Shown here one piece after another: positions 38,653-48,797 of a DNA stretch of 64,000 bases; the stretch's first letter is position 1; each line of letters starts with the position of its first letter. The stretch lies in contig JBBKVW010000290.1 in the NCBI GenBank assembly GCA_037968655.1, forward strand, positions 1,220 through 65,219, written 5' to 3'. The stretch comes from Burkholderiaceae bacterium (GTDB taxonomy: Bacteria; Pseudomonadota; Gammaproteobacteria; Burkholderiales; Burkholderiaceae_C). The notes below the pieces were generated by a model. It was given only the letters and a program-made list of their open reading frames with translations. It made no database searches and was not told the origin of the DNA. Position numbers and translations under genes: made by a program.

Positions 38653-39198
38653 ATGGCATTGCAACCCCCATTTTTCGGCAAACGTGATCCGGACCCCGTA
38701 GCGGCGCGACGCCCTAGTTCCCTGGCCCAACCCGGTTCCGTTGGTGTGCAGCCGGCTTCGGCGCCCTTGGCGCCCCATTCCCCGCCTGCAGATGCCGTTG
38801 CACCAACGGCCCCGGCACCAGCGCCACATGGCGGCAGCAGGTTGACAGTAGGGCCCAACATCAAGCTCAAAGGGGTTGAGATCACCGACTGCGATACCCT
38901 GTTTGTCGAAGGCACGGTGGAAGCGACGATGGATTCGCGCTTGATGCAGATTGCCGAATGTGGCGCGTTCAAGGGATCCGCCAGCGTCGATATTGCCGAG
39001 ATCCACGGTCGATTCGATGGCGACCTGACAGTACGTGACAAGCTGATGATTTATGCCACTGGCAAGATTACCGGCAAGATCCGCTACGGTAAATTGGTGA
39101 TTGAAGAGGGCGGTCAGCTCTCGGGCGAGGTCGTGTTCGGCACAGCCGACGCGGCCAAGCCGGCAATGCGCGAACGGGCCGGCCTGCAGGCTGCCTGA
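38653..39198 (+). CDS. Bactofilin (polymer-forming cytoskeletal protein)
   Basis: Pro-rich N-tail, then beta-helix repeats LTVGPNIKLKG...VEGTVE...IHGRFDGDL...GKITGKIRY..L.IEEGGQLSG. Confidence 0.88.
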   Translation: MALQPPFFGKRDPDPVAARRPSSLAQPGSVGVQPASAPLAPHSPPADAVAPTAPAPAPHGGSRLTVGPNIKLKGVEITDCDTLFVEGTVEATMDSRLMQIAECGAFKGSASVDIAEIHGRFDGDLTVRDKLMIYATGKITGKIRYGKLVIEEGGQLSGEVVFGTADAAKPAMRERAGLQAA

Positions 39199-39289
39199 TT
39201 CCGCGTCACATCTGATCGCGCACCGAAAGGTCGCGCGTTCAGGCGCTACCATCCGGCAATCGAATTGAACCATTGCCAGGGGGTGGAGC

Positions 39290-40456
39290 ATGCGCAAGCC
39301 GACGCGCCGACGGATATTGACTGGCGTTGCGGCCGCAGCGCTTGCCGTTGGCGCCGGTACGTACTGGGTTGCGCGGCCGAAGCCGGCACCGATCGGCTTT
39401 GATGTCACGCCGGATCAGCTGGCCGCAGCCCGCGCTTTGCTGGCACGCCATCCATCTTTTGATGCCCATGCCCATCCGGGCCGAAGCTTTGTTGACGGGG
39501 CCCGGAACCTGTCCGGGCTGGTATGGCTGTATGCCAAGCTGGGTAGTTTCGAAGAGTCCACGATTGCCGACATGCGTGCAGGCGGCCTGACTGCAGCAGC
39601 ATTCGCCGCGGTTTCCGATTTCCAGGCCCTGGGCCTGCAGGGCGAGGGCCTGGCCGCGGTGCGTGCCTTCGAGCCAGGCGAGGCCTGGGCCAGCTATCAG
39701 CGCCAGATCGCCCGCATGCAGACGCTGGTGCAGCGTGGCCTCGTCGCAGCCGTGCACCAGCCGGCGGATGTTGCCGCGGCCAAGTCAACTGGCAAGGTGG
39801 GCGCGATGTGGACGGTCGAGGGCGGCGACTTTCTGGAAGGGCGCGCCGAACGCGTTGCCCAGGCCCATGCCGATGGCGTGCGATCGATCACGCTGCTGCA
39901 CTACCGAAACAATGAACTGGGCGACATCATCACCGGTACACCGACGCACAAGCGCCTGACCGATGCGGGTGTTGCCGTGGTGCGCGCGATGAATGCAGTG
40001 GGCATGCTGATCGACGTGGCACATGCGTCCGAGGCAACCGCGTTGGGTGCGATCGAGGCGTCATCGAAACCGGTCATCGCCTCGCATGTGCATGTGCACG
40101 GCAAGACCAGCCATCCGCGCTTCATTTCGACCGACCTGGCGCGGGCCGTGGTGGCCAGGGGCGGTGGCGTGGTGGCCAGGGGCGGTGGCGTGGTGGGCGC
40201 CTGGCCGGCCGGCATCGGCATCAGCGATATGCGCGGATTTGTCGACCGCGCGCTTGAGCTGGTGGAGATTGCCGGCATCGACCATGTCTGCCTGGGCACC
40301 GACATGGACGCCAATTACAAGCCGGTGTTCGACACCTATGCCAATCTGCCGTACTTCGTTGCCGGCTTGACGCAACGCGGGCTGGCCGAGGCCGAAGTGG
40401 CCAAGTTGATCGGTGGCAATTACATGCGCTTGCTGGCGACTGTTCAGTCTGTGTAG
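39290..40456 (+). CDS. Membrane dipeptidase (peptidase M19 family) with Tat-like leader
   Basis: TRRRIL leader, DAHAH, VEGG, LLHY, IDVAH, ASH, LGTDMD, GGNYMR. Confidence 0.85.
   Translation: MRKPTRRRILTGVAAAALAVGAGTYWVARPKPAPIGFDVTPDQLAAARALLARHPSFDAHAHPGRSFVDGARNLSGLVWLYAKLGSFEESTIADMRAGGLTAAAFAAVSDFQALGLQGEGLAAVRAFEPGEAWASYQRQIARMQTLVQRGLVAAVHQPADVAAAKSTGKVGAMWTVEGGDFLEGRAERVAQAHADGVRSITLLHYRNNELGDIITGTPTHKRLTDAGVAVVRAMNAVGMLIDVAHASEATALGAIEASSKPVIASHVHVHGKTSHPRFISTDLARAVVARGGGVVARGGGVVGAWPAGIGISDMRGFVDRALELVEIAGIDHVCLGTDMDANYKPVFDTYANLPYFVAGLTQRGLAEAEVAKLIGGNYMRLLATVQSV
40147..40196 (+). repeat. In-frame 21-bp tandem duplication
   Basis: CGTGGTGGCCAGGGGCGGTGG twice, then CGTGGTGG, encoding VVARGGG-VVARGGG-VV. 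Confidence 0.9.
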
Positions 40457-40482
40457 GCCGCGTCAGGACCTTCCCTGATCGA

Positions 40483-41868
40483 TCAGTCCTGTCGCGAAAA
40501 TCTTTGCTCCAGATACACCAGCAGCGTGCGTATCGTCTGCGCTTCGCCACCCACCGGCCGACCGGCGCGCGCGCTGTCGTTCCATGCAAACAGATCGATA
40601 TGCAGCCAGTCCTGCTGCGGCGCAACGAAATGCTCCAGGAACAGCGCCGCATTGATGGCGCCGGCCATGGCATTGCGGCCGGTGTTGACGATGTCGCCCA
40701 CCGCGCTTTCAATGCCGCTGCGGTAGGGCGTCCACAGGGGCATATGCCACAGCGGGTCTTCGAGTTGCAGGCCCAGGTCGACCAGTTGCCGCGCTGCCGC
40801 GATCTGGCGGCAGAACAGGGCCGGCAATTGCGGGCCCAGGGCAACCCGCGCCGCGCCAGTGAGCGTGGCCAGGTCGATGATGAGATCGGGCTTTGACTCG
40901 GCGGCATAGGCCAGCGCGTCACACAGGATGACCCGGCCTTCGGCGTCGGTGTTGCCGATTTCGATCTGCAAGCCGCTGCGGGTGCGGATCACGTCGCCGG
41001 GTCGGTAGGCATCGCCGGAGATTGCGTTCTCGACCGCCGGAATCAGCAGTTGCAGGCGCACCGGCAACTTGAGCTCCATCACCAGGCCCGCCAGCGCCAG
41101 CGCGTTGGCAGCGCCGCCCATGTCCTTCTTCATCAATCGCATGCCTTCTGCGCCCTTGATGTCCAGGCCGCCGCTGTCAAAGCACACGCCCTTGCCGACG
41201 ATGGACAAACGCGGATGCTTTGGTTTGCCCCAGTTGAGTTCGATCAGGCGCGGCGCCCGGCTGCTGGCGCGCCCGACCGCATGGATGGCAGGGAAGTTTT
41301 GTTTCAGCAAATCCGCGCCCTGTATCTGCGTGAATTTTGCGCCATGGCGCTTGGCCAGGCCTTGCGCCGCCTTGGCCAGCTCCGAGGGGCCCATGTCCTG
41401 CGCCGGCGTGTTGACCAGATCGCGTACCAGCGTGATGGCATTTGCCTGCGCCAAAGCGCGCTGGACGTCTGCGCCATCTGGCAGCACCAGCTGTGCTGGT
41501 TCGCGCTTGCGCGGCTTGTAGCGATCAAAACTGTAGCCACCCAGTGTCCAAGCCAGTGCCGCGAGTTCCACCGGCAGCGCCAGCGCGTCGTCGGCGAGGC
41601 GGTATTGGCCTTCGGGCAGGGCCAGGGGCAATGCGGCCAATGCGAACGGATCCAGCGCATGGGTGACGCCGGCGAACACCTGCTGCAAGCTGCCGTCAGG
41701 CGCGGGCAGCAGCGCATGGCTGTCGGCAGCGCCATCGAAGCCAAGGGTCTGGAGCCAGGCCGCGGTGACCGGGGGCAGCGTTGGCGCCAGCGCCTGGTAG
41801 CTGGCCCGGTCAAGCACTGTGATCGGTATGGCATTGCCGGCGGCGCGTTTCTTGAGTTGAACAGTCAT
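40483..41868 (-). CDS. Leucyl aminopeptidase family M17 (PepB-like)
   Basis: VGKGVCFDSGGLDIK, MKKDMGGAA, NTDAEGR, DLATLTGA, WLHID. Confidence 0.92.
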   Translation of the reverse strand: MTVQLKKRAAGNAIPITVLDRASYQALAPTLPPVTAAWLQTLGFDGAADSHALLPAPDGSLQQVFAGVTHALDPFALAALPLALPEGQYRLADDALALPVELAALAWTLGGYSFDRYKPRKREPAQLVLPDGADVQRALAQANAITLVRDLVNTPAQDMGPSELAKAAQGLAKRHGAKFTQIQGADLLKQNFPAIHAVGRASSRAPRLIELNWGKPKHPRLSIVGKGVCFDSGGLDIKGAEGMRLMKKDMGGAANALALAGLVMELKLPVRLQLLIPAVENAISGDAYRPGDVIRTRSGLQIEIGNTDAEGRVILCDALAYAAESKPDLIIDLATLTGAARVALGPQLPALFCRQIAAARQLVDLGLQLEDPLWHMPLWTPYRSGIESAVGDIVNTGRNAMAGAINAALFLEHFVAPQQDWLHIDLFAWNDSARAGRPVGGEAQTIRTLLVYLEQRFSRQD

Positions 41869-42019
41869 GGGGAGATGGTCCCGGAGGTATGTTGATCTGT
41901 GCGCATCGTGGTAGCGCAGCGGCTGCAGTAATCGATGGCCGTCACGGGCATTCGAGCGGCACCTGCCATTGTGCGACAGACGCACCAGAGCATTGCAGCC
42001 GCCCAGGCCCGTGGCGGAC

Positions 42020-43426
42020 CTATTGCCAGTTGGCCGGGCTGCTGCCCAGCGCCACGGCTGGCGAGTCCCACTGCATCGGCATGCCGTCGATGCGCAAAGG
42101 CCATTGCACACGGCGTGCGGGTCCCCAGGGCGTGGATTCGGACTCGGTCGACCAGTCGGCGGATGATTCCGTCCGCAGCGGCTGCGCGACCTGGTGCGTA
42201 GTTGTTCCACCTGCCATCAGCAGCGCGCCGGTACGCGCCAGCGACGCGCGCACGATGCTGCCCTGGCCGTCGGCGGCACGCCGCTGCAGCGCGCGCAGCG
42301 CAGCGCAGGCCATCAGGTAGCCGGTGGCATGGTCGAGCGCCTGCACCGGCAATGGAATCGGCTTGTCGGCACCGGCGCTGCGCTGGCCCTGCTCGGCAAT
42401 GCCCATGCTCATCTGCACGATGCTGTCGAAGCCACGCCGGGTGCGCCAGGGCCCGGTGAATCCGTAGGCGTCGAGCGAGACATCGATCAAACCGGGTCGC
42501 AGCTGCTGGCGCCGCGCGCTGCCCAAACCCAGTGATTCCAGTGCGTCGCTGCGATAGCCGTGCACCAGTATGTCGGCGCCTTGCAGCAGGACGTCCCACT
42601 GGCTGCGATCGCCCGTCTGGCGCAAGTCCAGCCGCGCGCAGCGTTTGCCGAGCGTGACCTCGGGTTCCAGCACGGGTTCGTCCCAACCGATCGGATCGAT
42701 GCGCAGCACCTGTGCGCCCAGGCAGGCCAGCAGCCGGGTTGCGACCGGTCCAGCCAGCACACGGGTCATGTCCAGCACCCGGATGCCGGCGAGCGGGCGC
42801 TGCCGGTCGAAGTTCCAGTCAGCCCGCGCGGCGCGCGTACCGGCTTGCCAGTGCAGCAGCGGCTCGGCCAGCACGGCCTGTCCCTGCGGATGTTGCTGCC
42901 ATTGCTGCCAGCTCTGCATCGCGCCGGCGCAACCGCCGGCGGCAACGACGGCAGATTCCAGTTCGGCGCAATCGCATTGCGCAACTGCTTGCGTGACTGC
43001 AGCGCGATTCGGCGCGACTTGCAATACCTTCAGCGCCGCTGCCCGATGGTGCGGCGCATTGGTGTGCAGTCGAATCCAGCCATCGCGGGCCCGATAGTCG
43101 CCGGCCACTGCGTCCCAGATGGGTGGCAGCTTCCAGCCCTGCGGGCGGACCGACAGGCCGAACCAGAACGATGCCAAGCGGCGGTCGACCTCGACCATGC
43201 GATGGCCCTGCGCAGTGGCGCCAAGGGTCTGGGCCAGCGTTGCTGCCGCTAGTCCGGCCGCAGCGATGGACGCAGCGGCGAAGTCACTGACGGCAAATAC
43301 CGAGGGCAGATCGCCGGAGCCTGTCAATTGCACCTGCTCCAGCGCCCTGTCGTCGCCGCCAGCGGCGCTCCAGAACGACTGCAGGAACAGGCGCTGGGGG
43401 GCCGGATTGGCGGGCGCGGCGGGCAT
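42020..43426 (-). CDS. Class III CoA-transferase (CaiB/BaiF family)
   Basis: PLAGIRVLDMTRVLAGP, LGAQVLRID, GKR...LDL, RRGFDSIVQ, QALDHATGY. Confidence 0.85.
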   Translation of the reverse strand: MPAAPANPAPQRLFLQSFWSAAGGDDRALEQVQLTGSGDLPSVFAVSDFAAASIAAAGLAAATLAQTLGATAQGHRMVEVDRRLASFWFGLSVRPQGWKLPPIWDAVAGDYRARDGWIRLHTNAPHHRAAALKVLQVAPNRAAVTQAVAQCDCAELESAVVAAGGCAGAMQSWQQWQQHPQGQAVLAEPLLHWQAGTRAARADWNFDRQRPLAGIRVLDMTRVLAGPVATRLLACLGAQVLRIDPIGWDEPVLEPEVTLGKRCARLDLRQTGDRSQWDVLLQGADILVHGYRSDALESLGLGSARRQQLRPGLIDVSLDAYGFTGPWRTRRGFDSIVQMSMGIAEQGQRSAGADKPIPLPVQALDHATGYLMACAALRALQRRAADGQGSIVRASLARTGALLMAGGTTTHQVAQPLRTESSADWSTESESTPWGPARRVQWPLRIDGMPMQWDSPAVALGSSPANWQ

Positions 43427-43478
43427 GCTTACATCATCGCGCAAACGCTGACATTGCGTTGTGTGGGGCGGTCCCGCG

Positions 43479-44816
43479 TCAGCGCTGAGGCATGTCCTTG
43501 TGCGAGTACCCCAGGCTTACCAACGCCTCAGGCGGTATCTCCGGCATGCTGGCGTTCCAGGCTTCCCAGTCGGCGCGCATGGCGGCCAGCCGGGCCGGCT
43601 CGCGTTTGGCCTTGTTGGCGCGTTCACGCGCGTCGGCCGCAACGTTGAACAGGTAGTCGATGCCGTCGACGCGCAGGTACTTCCAGTTGCCGTCGCGCAG
43701 CGCGCGCTGTTCGCGATGCTTCATGCGCCAATGCATCGGACGGCGAAAGCTGTGGGAGGGGTCGCGCAGCACCGGCGCCAGCGATACGCCGTCCAGCAGA
43801 TAGTCCGGGTGTGGCGGGGCGCCGGCCAGCTCGAGCATCGTGGCCGACCAGTCCATCGTCAGGCAATGCTGCGCGCTCACGCCGCCGGGCGCGATGCCGG
43901 CCGGCCAATGCGCGATCCAGGGCACGCGGATGCCGCCCTCTGTCAGGTCCATCTTGCCGCCGACCAGGGGCCAGTTGTCGGAGAAGCGCTCGCCGCCGTT
44001 GTCGCTGGTAAAGACGATCAAGGTGTTGTCCAGCAGACCATGTCGGCGCAGCGCCGCGACGATCTGGCCGATGCCTTCGTCCATGTGGTGGATCATGCGC
44101 TGGTAGGTGGCGACGTTGCCGCCGTCCAGGTGGAACAGGCTCTCGCTGATCGGTGTGGGCGTGTCGACATCGTCGCGGGTTTCCCAGGGCCAGTGGGGCG
44201 CGGTGTGGTGCAGGCTGAGAAAGAACGGCTTTTCTTCCTTGGCGCCCTGGGCCGATCGGTCGATGAAGTCAATCGCGCGCTGCGTCAGCAGATCGGTCAG
44301 ATAGCCGGGTTCCGGGTGGTCCTGCTCGTCCACAAACAGGTCGTGGCCACCGGAGGAGTTGCAATGGGTGAAATAGTCGACGCCGCCTGCCATGGGCCCA
44401 AAGAACGCGTCGTAGCCCGAGCGCAGCGGACCGAAATGCGGCAGAAACCCCAGATGCCATTTGCCCACCAACGCGGTGCGATAGCCCCGGGCCTTGAGAA
44501 GCGACGGCAGTGTCGGATGCGCTGGCGGCAGGCCCAGCGTCGTGCTGCCCCTGGTGCTGCTGCTGATCGGTTCTTCGGCTGCGCCGCGCAGGCGGTATTG
44601 GTAGCGCGCCGTCATCAGCGCGAAGCGGGTTGGCGAGCAGACCGGTGAGTTGGCATAGCCTTCTGTGAAGAGCATGCCGGCGGCGGCCAGCTTGTCGAGT
44701 TCCGGCGACACCGCACCGAACGGCGCTGCGCGACCACCGTAGCAACCCAGGTCGGCGTAACCCAGGTCGTCGGCGACGATGAAGATGATGTTGGGGCGCT
44801 TGTCAGTACTTTTCAT
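43479..44816 (-). CDS. Cys-type (formylglycine) sulfatase
   Basis: PNIIFIVADDLG, CSPTR (CxPxR), GKWHLG, FTSDNGG, EGGIRVP. Confidence 0.92.
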   Translation of the reverse strand: MKSTDKRPNIIFIVADDLGYADLGCYGGRAAPFGAVSPELDKLAAAGMLFTEGYANSPVCSPTRFALMTARYQYRLRGAAEEPISSSTRGSTTLGLPPAHPTLPSLLKARGYRTALVGKWHLGFLPHFGPLRSGYDAFFGPMAGGVDYFTHCNSSGGHDLFVDEQDHPEPGYLTDLLTQRAIDFIDRSAQGAKEEKPFFLSLHHTAPHWPWETRDDVDTPTPISESLFHLDGGNVATYQRMIHHMDEGIGQIVAALRRHGLLDNTLIVFTSDNGGERFSDNWPLVGGKMDLTEGGIRVPWIAHWPAGIAPGGVSAQHCLTMDWSATMLELAGAPPHPDYLLDGVSLAPVLRDPSHSFRRPMHWRMKHREQRALRDGNWKYLRVDGIDYLFNVAADARERANKAKREPARLAAMRADWEAWNASMPEIPPEALVSLGYSHKDMPQR

Positions 44817-44819
44817 GGC

Positions 44820-44987
44820 TCAATCCACCTTGATGCCTTTGGCCTCGATGGCGTCGGCCGAACCGCCGGGCGGAAAGCCGACCAGGATCTTGAGCGGGGG
44901 TTTGGTCTGGGCCTGTAAGCCGGGCGCCAGCATACAGCCGGCAATGAGCAAGGCCACGGGTGCAAGGGATCGAACTCGGGTGAACAT
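44820..44987 (-). pseudogene. Bug/TctC solute-binding protein gene remnant (large in-frame internal deletion)
   Basis: Signal peptide and the Bug N-terminal motif PLKILVGFPPGGSADAI join directly to a Bug-like C-terminus EAKGIKVD*, 55 aa in total. CAGGAG RBS is intact. Confidence 0.75.
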
Positions 44988-45082
44988 CTTTGTCTCCTGT
45001 AGGCCCGCATCGCGGGGCTTGCCGCAACTGTAGGGCGCAAGCTGATAATTGTTCAAATCAATCGTTGTGCGTGTTTACTCTG

Positions 45083-45616
45083 ATGACCGAGCAGACTTCA
45101 ATCCCGATGCCACGCCTGATTGCCTCCCGGTCCGTCGACGATCTGCTGCTGCAGCGCATCAGCCGTCTGCTGGCGACGGCCGGCGGGATGGTGACACGCC
45201 TGTGCGAGGGCCGCTTTGGCATCACCCGGCGCGAATGGCGTGTGCTGGCGGTACTGGTGAAGGAGCAGGGCATATTGCCCTCGCAACTGGCCGAGCGCAT
45301 GCAGTTGGACCGGGCACGTACCTCGCGGGCAATCACGTCGCTGGTTGGCAAGCATCTCGTGGCACGCGAGCCAAAACCCGGGAACCGGCGTGAGGTGATC
45401 TTGACCGTGACCGGCAAGGGGCAGCTGCTTTTCGACACGATGGTGCCGCTGGCAGTGGACATCAACCGGCGCCTGATCGCCGCGCTGGCGCCACAGGACG
45501 CGCAACGGCTCGACTCCTCATTGGACCTGTTGCAGGCCTGTGCCGACACTCTGGTGGCGCAAGCAGATCTTCCGAAGGCGGATCGACGCCGGCGTGCGCT
45601 CGCGGCGCGTGCCTGA
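45083..45616 (+). CDS. MarR family transcriptional regulator
   Basis: LCEGRFGITRREWRVL...SQLAER..LDRARTSRAITSL..K.LV.R....NRRE. Divergent from the bug-sulfatase genes. Confidence 0.9.
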   Translation: MTEQTSIPMPRLIASRSVDDLLLQRISRLLATAGGMVTRLCEGRFGITRREWRVLAVLVKEQGILPSQLAERMQLDRARTSRAITSLVGKHLVAREPKPGNRREVILTVTGKGQLLFDTMVPLAVDINRRLIAALAPQDAQRLDSSLDLLQACADTLVAQADLPKADRRRRALAARA

Positions 45617-45943
45617 CGGCGGGTTTGCTGGCGCGTCGGCGTGGGCCCTGATTGCAGTGACGCCGAAACCTGCGCCGATGCACTGACACCTGCTGCCTAT
45701 GTGACGCGCCGGCGGTGTTTGCGTATGCCGCGCGGCAACACGAAATGGTCGGGCGGCTGGTGCACCATGATGGCGGATGCTGCAGCGGCATGCACTTTGC
45801 TGGCCATTGGCATGTGGACGCCGGCGGCCACCGCACGATTGACTACCGGTTTGCCGCATTAATTCGTGAAGGAGTCTCGCTGCGCCGCAGGGAGAACGCC
45901 GGGCACCGATTCCGACGGCCGGCACAAGCCGGCAAGTCGAGAA

Positions 45944-48196
45944 TTAATCGTCGCGATCGAGATTCCTGCGATTCGCGCAATTTACTCCCGCGCCGATCTC
46001 GCTCTGGAACTGCTCGTAGATCGCGTGTTTGGCATCCACGCGCATGAAGGTGGGATTCTTGTTGCCACGCAGCTGGCTAAAGCTGATCGGCTTGACTTTG
46101 CGCAAGTCCTTTGCCTTGGTTTCGCCGGTTGCTAAGCCGATGGTGCCCAGCAAGGCCGGCGAAGCCGCGGCACCGGTGGCGGCCAGTTCCCCGATGATGA
46201 TCTCGATCTTGCCATCCTGATGGATCGCGACCTGCAGGGTGTTGGGCGCCGTCGTGCCAATGGCCGGTACGTTCCAATAGGTAACGATGACGCGCTGCTT
46301 GCTTGCATCAAAATATCCGAACACGCCTCGATCGGTCGCGCTGAAGGCCCCGCTGCTGAGGTTCTTCATCAGCGCAGCGATCGTGAGGCGATTGCCCAGC
46401 AGCAACTGGCCGCGCGAGTACCAGGCCGAGCCGTTGTTGTCGATGCCTCCGATAGCTGACGCGGTGCGCGATGTGATCGCGCCATCCTCGTTGACGATCA
46501 AGGTGCTGATCCGCTCGGCAATGCCGGGAACCCAGAAGGAAAAGCCGGGATAGCTCAGGTATACGCTGGCATCGCCGCCCGCACGCAATTTGGTCGGTCC
46601 CTTGTCATACAGGGGCTGGCCCGCCTGCAAGCTGACCATGTAGCCGTAGTTGCCCTGGGGAACAAAACTGATCTTGTCGCCCGGCAACAGATCGATCGGA
46701 CGGTCCTTTTCCGCCAGGCAGCTTTCGCTGACGTCGACCAGCGGATTCCTTGCGCGATTGGATGTCGAGTCCGCCAGGTATTTGTCGTAGCGTGCGTCGT
46801 CCTTGAGCGTCCGGTTGAAGAACGACACCGCATACCAGTTCGTCAGGCGGGTTATCTCGTCCAGCGACACTTCCGGTTTAAGCGGCATCAGTGGCAGCAA
46901 CTCGTTCTTGACAGCAACAATGTCCGTCGGTCCGAAGAACACAGATTGCAGCTGCGCGTCGCTGATGCCGTCGAATGCCGAAGCGTTGCAGTAATCGTAG
47001 ATGCCCGACTGGCGCGAGCCGGTGTAGGTGAAATAGAACGTCGAGTCGAAGATGAAATTGGCGATGTCGGAACGGGCAAACGCCCCGGGATTGCCGAACA
47101 CCTGGGCATTGATGCCCGGCACGATGGTGACCATCGAATTGTGGAAGTCCTGGCACCAGCTTGATTGGTAACCCGCCGTGTGGTGTGCGATGCCGGCGAT
47201 GTCGGCCAGGTACTTTTTCGGGCTGCCGGTAAACAGGTTGAAGTTGTTGTACGCGATTCCGGTGTCGTTGCCCAGGAACAGCAATGGCACCTTGGCGTTG
47301 GCGTAGTCAGCGGGCTGCATCTGCAGACCGTAGTTGGAGCCGCCACTCATCAAGGCGGCCTTGACCCGGCTGTCAGCCGGCAATCCGGCCGAGCCGATTC
47401 CGGCGACCGTCGCCAGACTGGTCATGCCGCCAAGCGAATAGCCGAGTACGCCGATCGCGTCAGCGTCGATACGCTGCGCAAACGGCTGGCCGGTCTGGCT
47501 ATCCAATGCACCCTGCAGAATCGCGCTTATGACGAATCGCACGTCCTTGGAGCGGCTCGCGATGTTGCTGCCCAGGATCGGGTTGGGGCCTATCGCCACC
47601 GCAGGCAGATACGATTTGAAGAAACTGGCCTGGTAGTACGCGTCGCTGTTGCCGGTGTGTTCGATCGACGCGACGACATAGCCGTGGCTGGCCAGCGTTT
47701 CCAGGGTATCGGGCATGTTCTTGGCCGATGCCACCAGATTGCCGTGCGAGGCGATCAACAACGGGAACGATGCAATGGCCAGCGGCGCCTTCTCGGCGAC
47801 GGGGTTGTACGAGCGGGCACCCAAGGCCGTCAACGGCGGCAGGTCAGGCAGGCCCGGGTTCACGCTGTTGCCCGGATTCTGGTTGTACAGCGGATTGTTC
47901 CAGGTGTAGCGAATATGGTCGTTGGTCTTGACGCTGGTCGGGTACCAGATATCCAGGTACAGCGGACGGCCGGTCGGCGCGCTCGGCGCGGAACCGTCGA
48001 GGTTGCGTGCCGGGTCGGTCAGTATGACGGTGGTGTGACCGATGCCAAAGCGACCGACCGTCTCTGGCGCATAGAACCCCTCGTCCTTGTACTTATCTTT
48101 GGCCAAAGCGGCGCCCGAAATACCTAGCAAGGCGCCGACCAGCAGGGCCCTCGTGACCGACGACCGGAAGTTGAAGCCTTGTCTCTTGGTTTGCAT
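45944..48196 (-). CDS. Large exported alpha/beta hydrolase (PAF-AH/dienelactone-hydrolase-like) with an extra C-terminal beta-rich domain
   Basis: Signal-like segment, GRPLYLDIWYP, FPLLIASHG, LASHGYVVASIEHTG, nucleophile GYSLGG, DSRVKA. Confidence 0.75.
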   Translation of the reverse strand: MQTKRQGFNFRSSVTRALLVGALLGISGAALAKDKYKDEGFYAPETVGRFGIGHTTVILTDPARNLDGSAPSAPTGRPLYLDIWYPTSVKTNDHIRYTWNNPLYNQNPGNSVNPGLPDLPPLTALGARSYNPVAEKAPLAIASFPLLIASHGNLVASAKNMPDTLETLASHGYVVASIEHTGNSDAYYQASFFKSYLPAVAIGPNPILGSNIASRSKDVRFVISAILQGALDSQTGQPFAQRIDADAIGVLGYSLGGMTSLATVAGIGSAGLPADSRVKAALMSGGSNYGLQMQPADYANAKVPLLFLGNDTGIAYNNFNLFTGSPKKYLADIAGIAHHTAGYQSSWCQDFHNSMVTIVPGINAQVFGNPGAFARSDIANFIFDSTFYFTYTGSRQSGIYDYCNASAFDGISDAQLQSVFFGPTDIVAVKNELLPLMPLKPEVSLDEITRLTNWYAVSFFNRTLKDDARYDKYLADSTSNRARNPLVDVSESCLAEKDRPIDLLPGDKISFVPQGNYGYMVSLQAGQPLYDKGPTKLRAGGDASVYLSYPGFSFWVPGIAERISTLIVNEDGAITSRTASAIGGIDNNGSAWYSRGQLLLGNRLTIAALMKNLSSGAFSATDRGVFGYFDASKQRVIVTYWNVPAIGTTAPNTLQVAIHQDGKIEIIIGELAATGAAASPALLGTIGLATGETKAKDLRKVKPISFSQLRGNKNPTFMRVDAKHAIYEQFQSEIGAGVNCANRRNLDRDD

Positions 48197-48400
48197 GGTT
48201 CTTCCGTTGGAGTGGATGTCGCGACGCGGCGATTGATCTGCACGCAGTTGGGCGCTTGTCATTTGCCGGGTCAGCGTCGCTGATGCAGGGGCCGCGAGTT
48301 CATGGTATTCGTTTGTGCAGCGCGTGACAATACGGCATTCGAGCATGCGGCATTTGCGCAGCGCCGCGTGTGAATCCGGCTCCAGCCGCAAGTCGCGCGA

Positions 48401-48784
48401 TTACGCGCGCTGCGCCAGCAACAGCGCCGCCGTACGCATGCCGGCGATGGTCAGCAGCAGCGATCCAAACAGGTGCAGCGCCGCCGTGCCAAAGGCCAGC
48501 AGGTAGCGCTGCTGCCCGAGCATGCCCACGACCTCGGCTGAAAAACTGGAGAAAGTCGTCAATGCACCCAGAAACCCGGTCACCAGCGCCAGTCGCCACA
48601 CCGGGTCGAGCTGGGGCAAGGCCTGGAACACGGCAATGGCAAGGCCGACCAGATAACCTCCGATCAGGTTGGCGGCCAGCGTGCCCCAGGGAATCAGTGC
48701 GCCAGGGCTGAGCCAAAGGCCCAGGCCCCAGCGCAGCAGGGCCCCGAGGCTGGCGCCGACACAAATCGCGATGACGGACAGCAT
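48401..48784 (-). CDS. crcB: Fluoride efflux channel (FluC)
   Basis: GASLGALLRW, PWGTLAANLIG, TGFLGALTTFSSFSAE. Confidence 0.95.
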   Translation of the reverse strand: MLSVIAICVGASLGALLRWGLGLWLSPGALIPWGTLAANLIGGYLVGLAIAVFQALPQLDPVWRLALVTGFLGALTTFSSFSAEVVGMLGQQRYLLAFGTAALHLFGSLLLTIAGMRTAALLLAQRA

Positions 48785-48797
48785 CGGCCGATGATGG

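Noticed and set aside
45617-45943. Small ORFs or an ncRNA in the gap after marR
   Set aside because: No convincing RBS, protein motif or stable structure that I could recognise.
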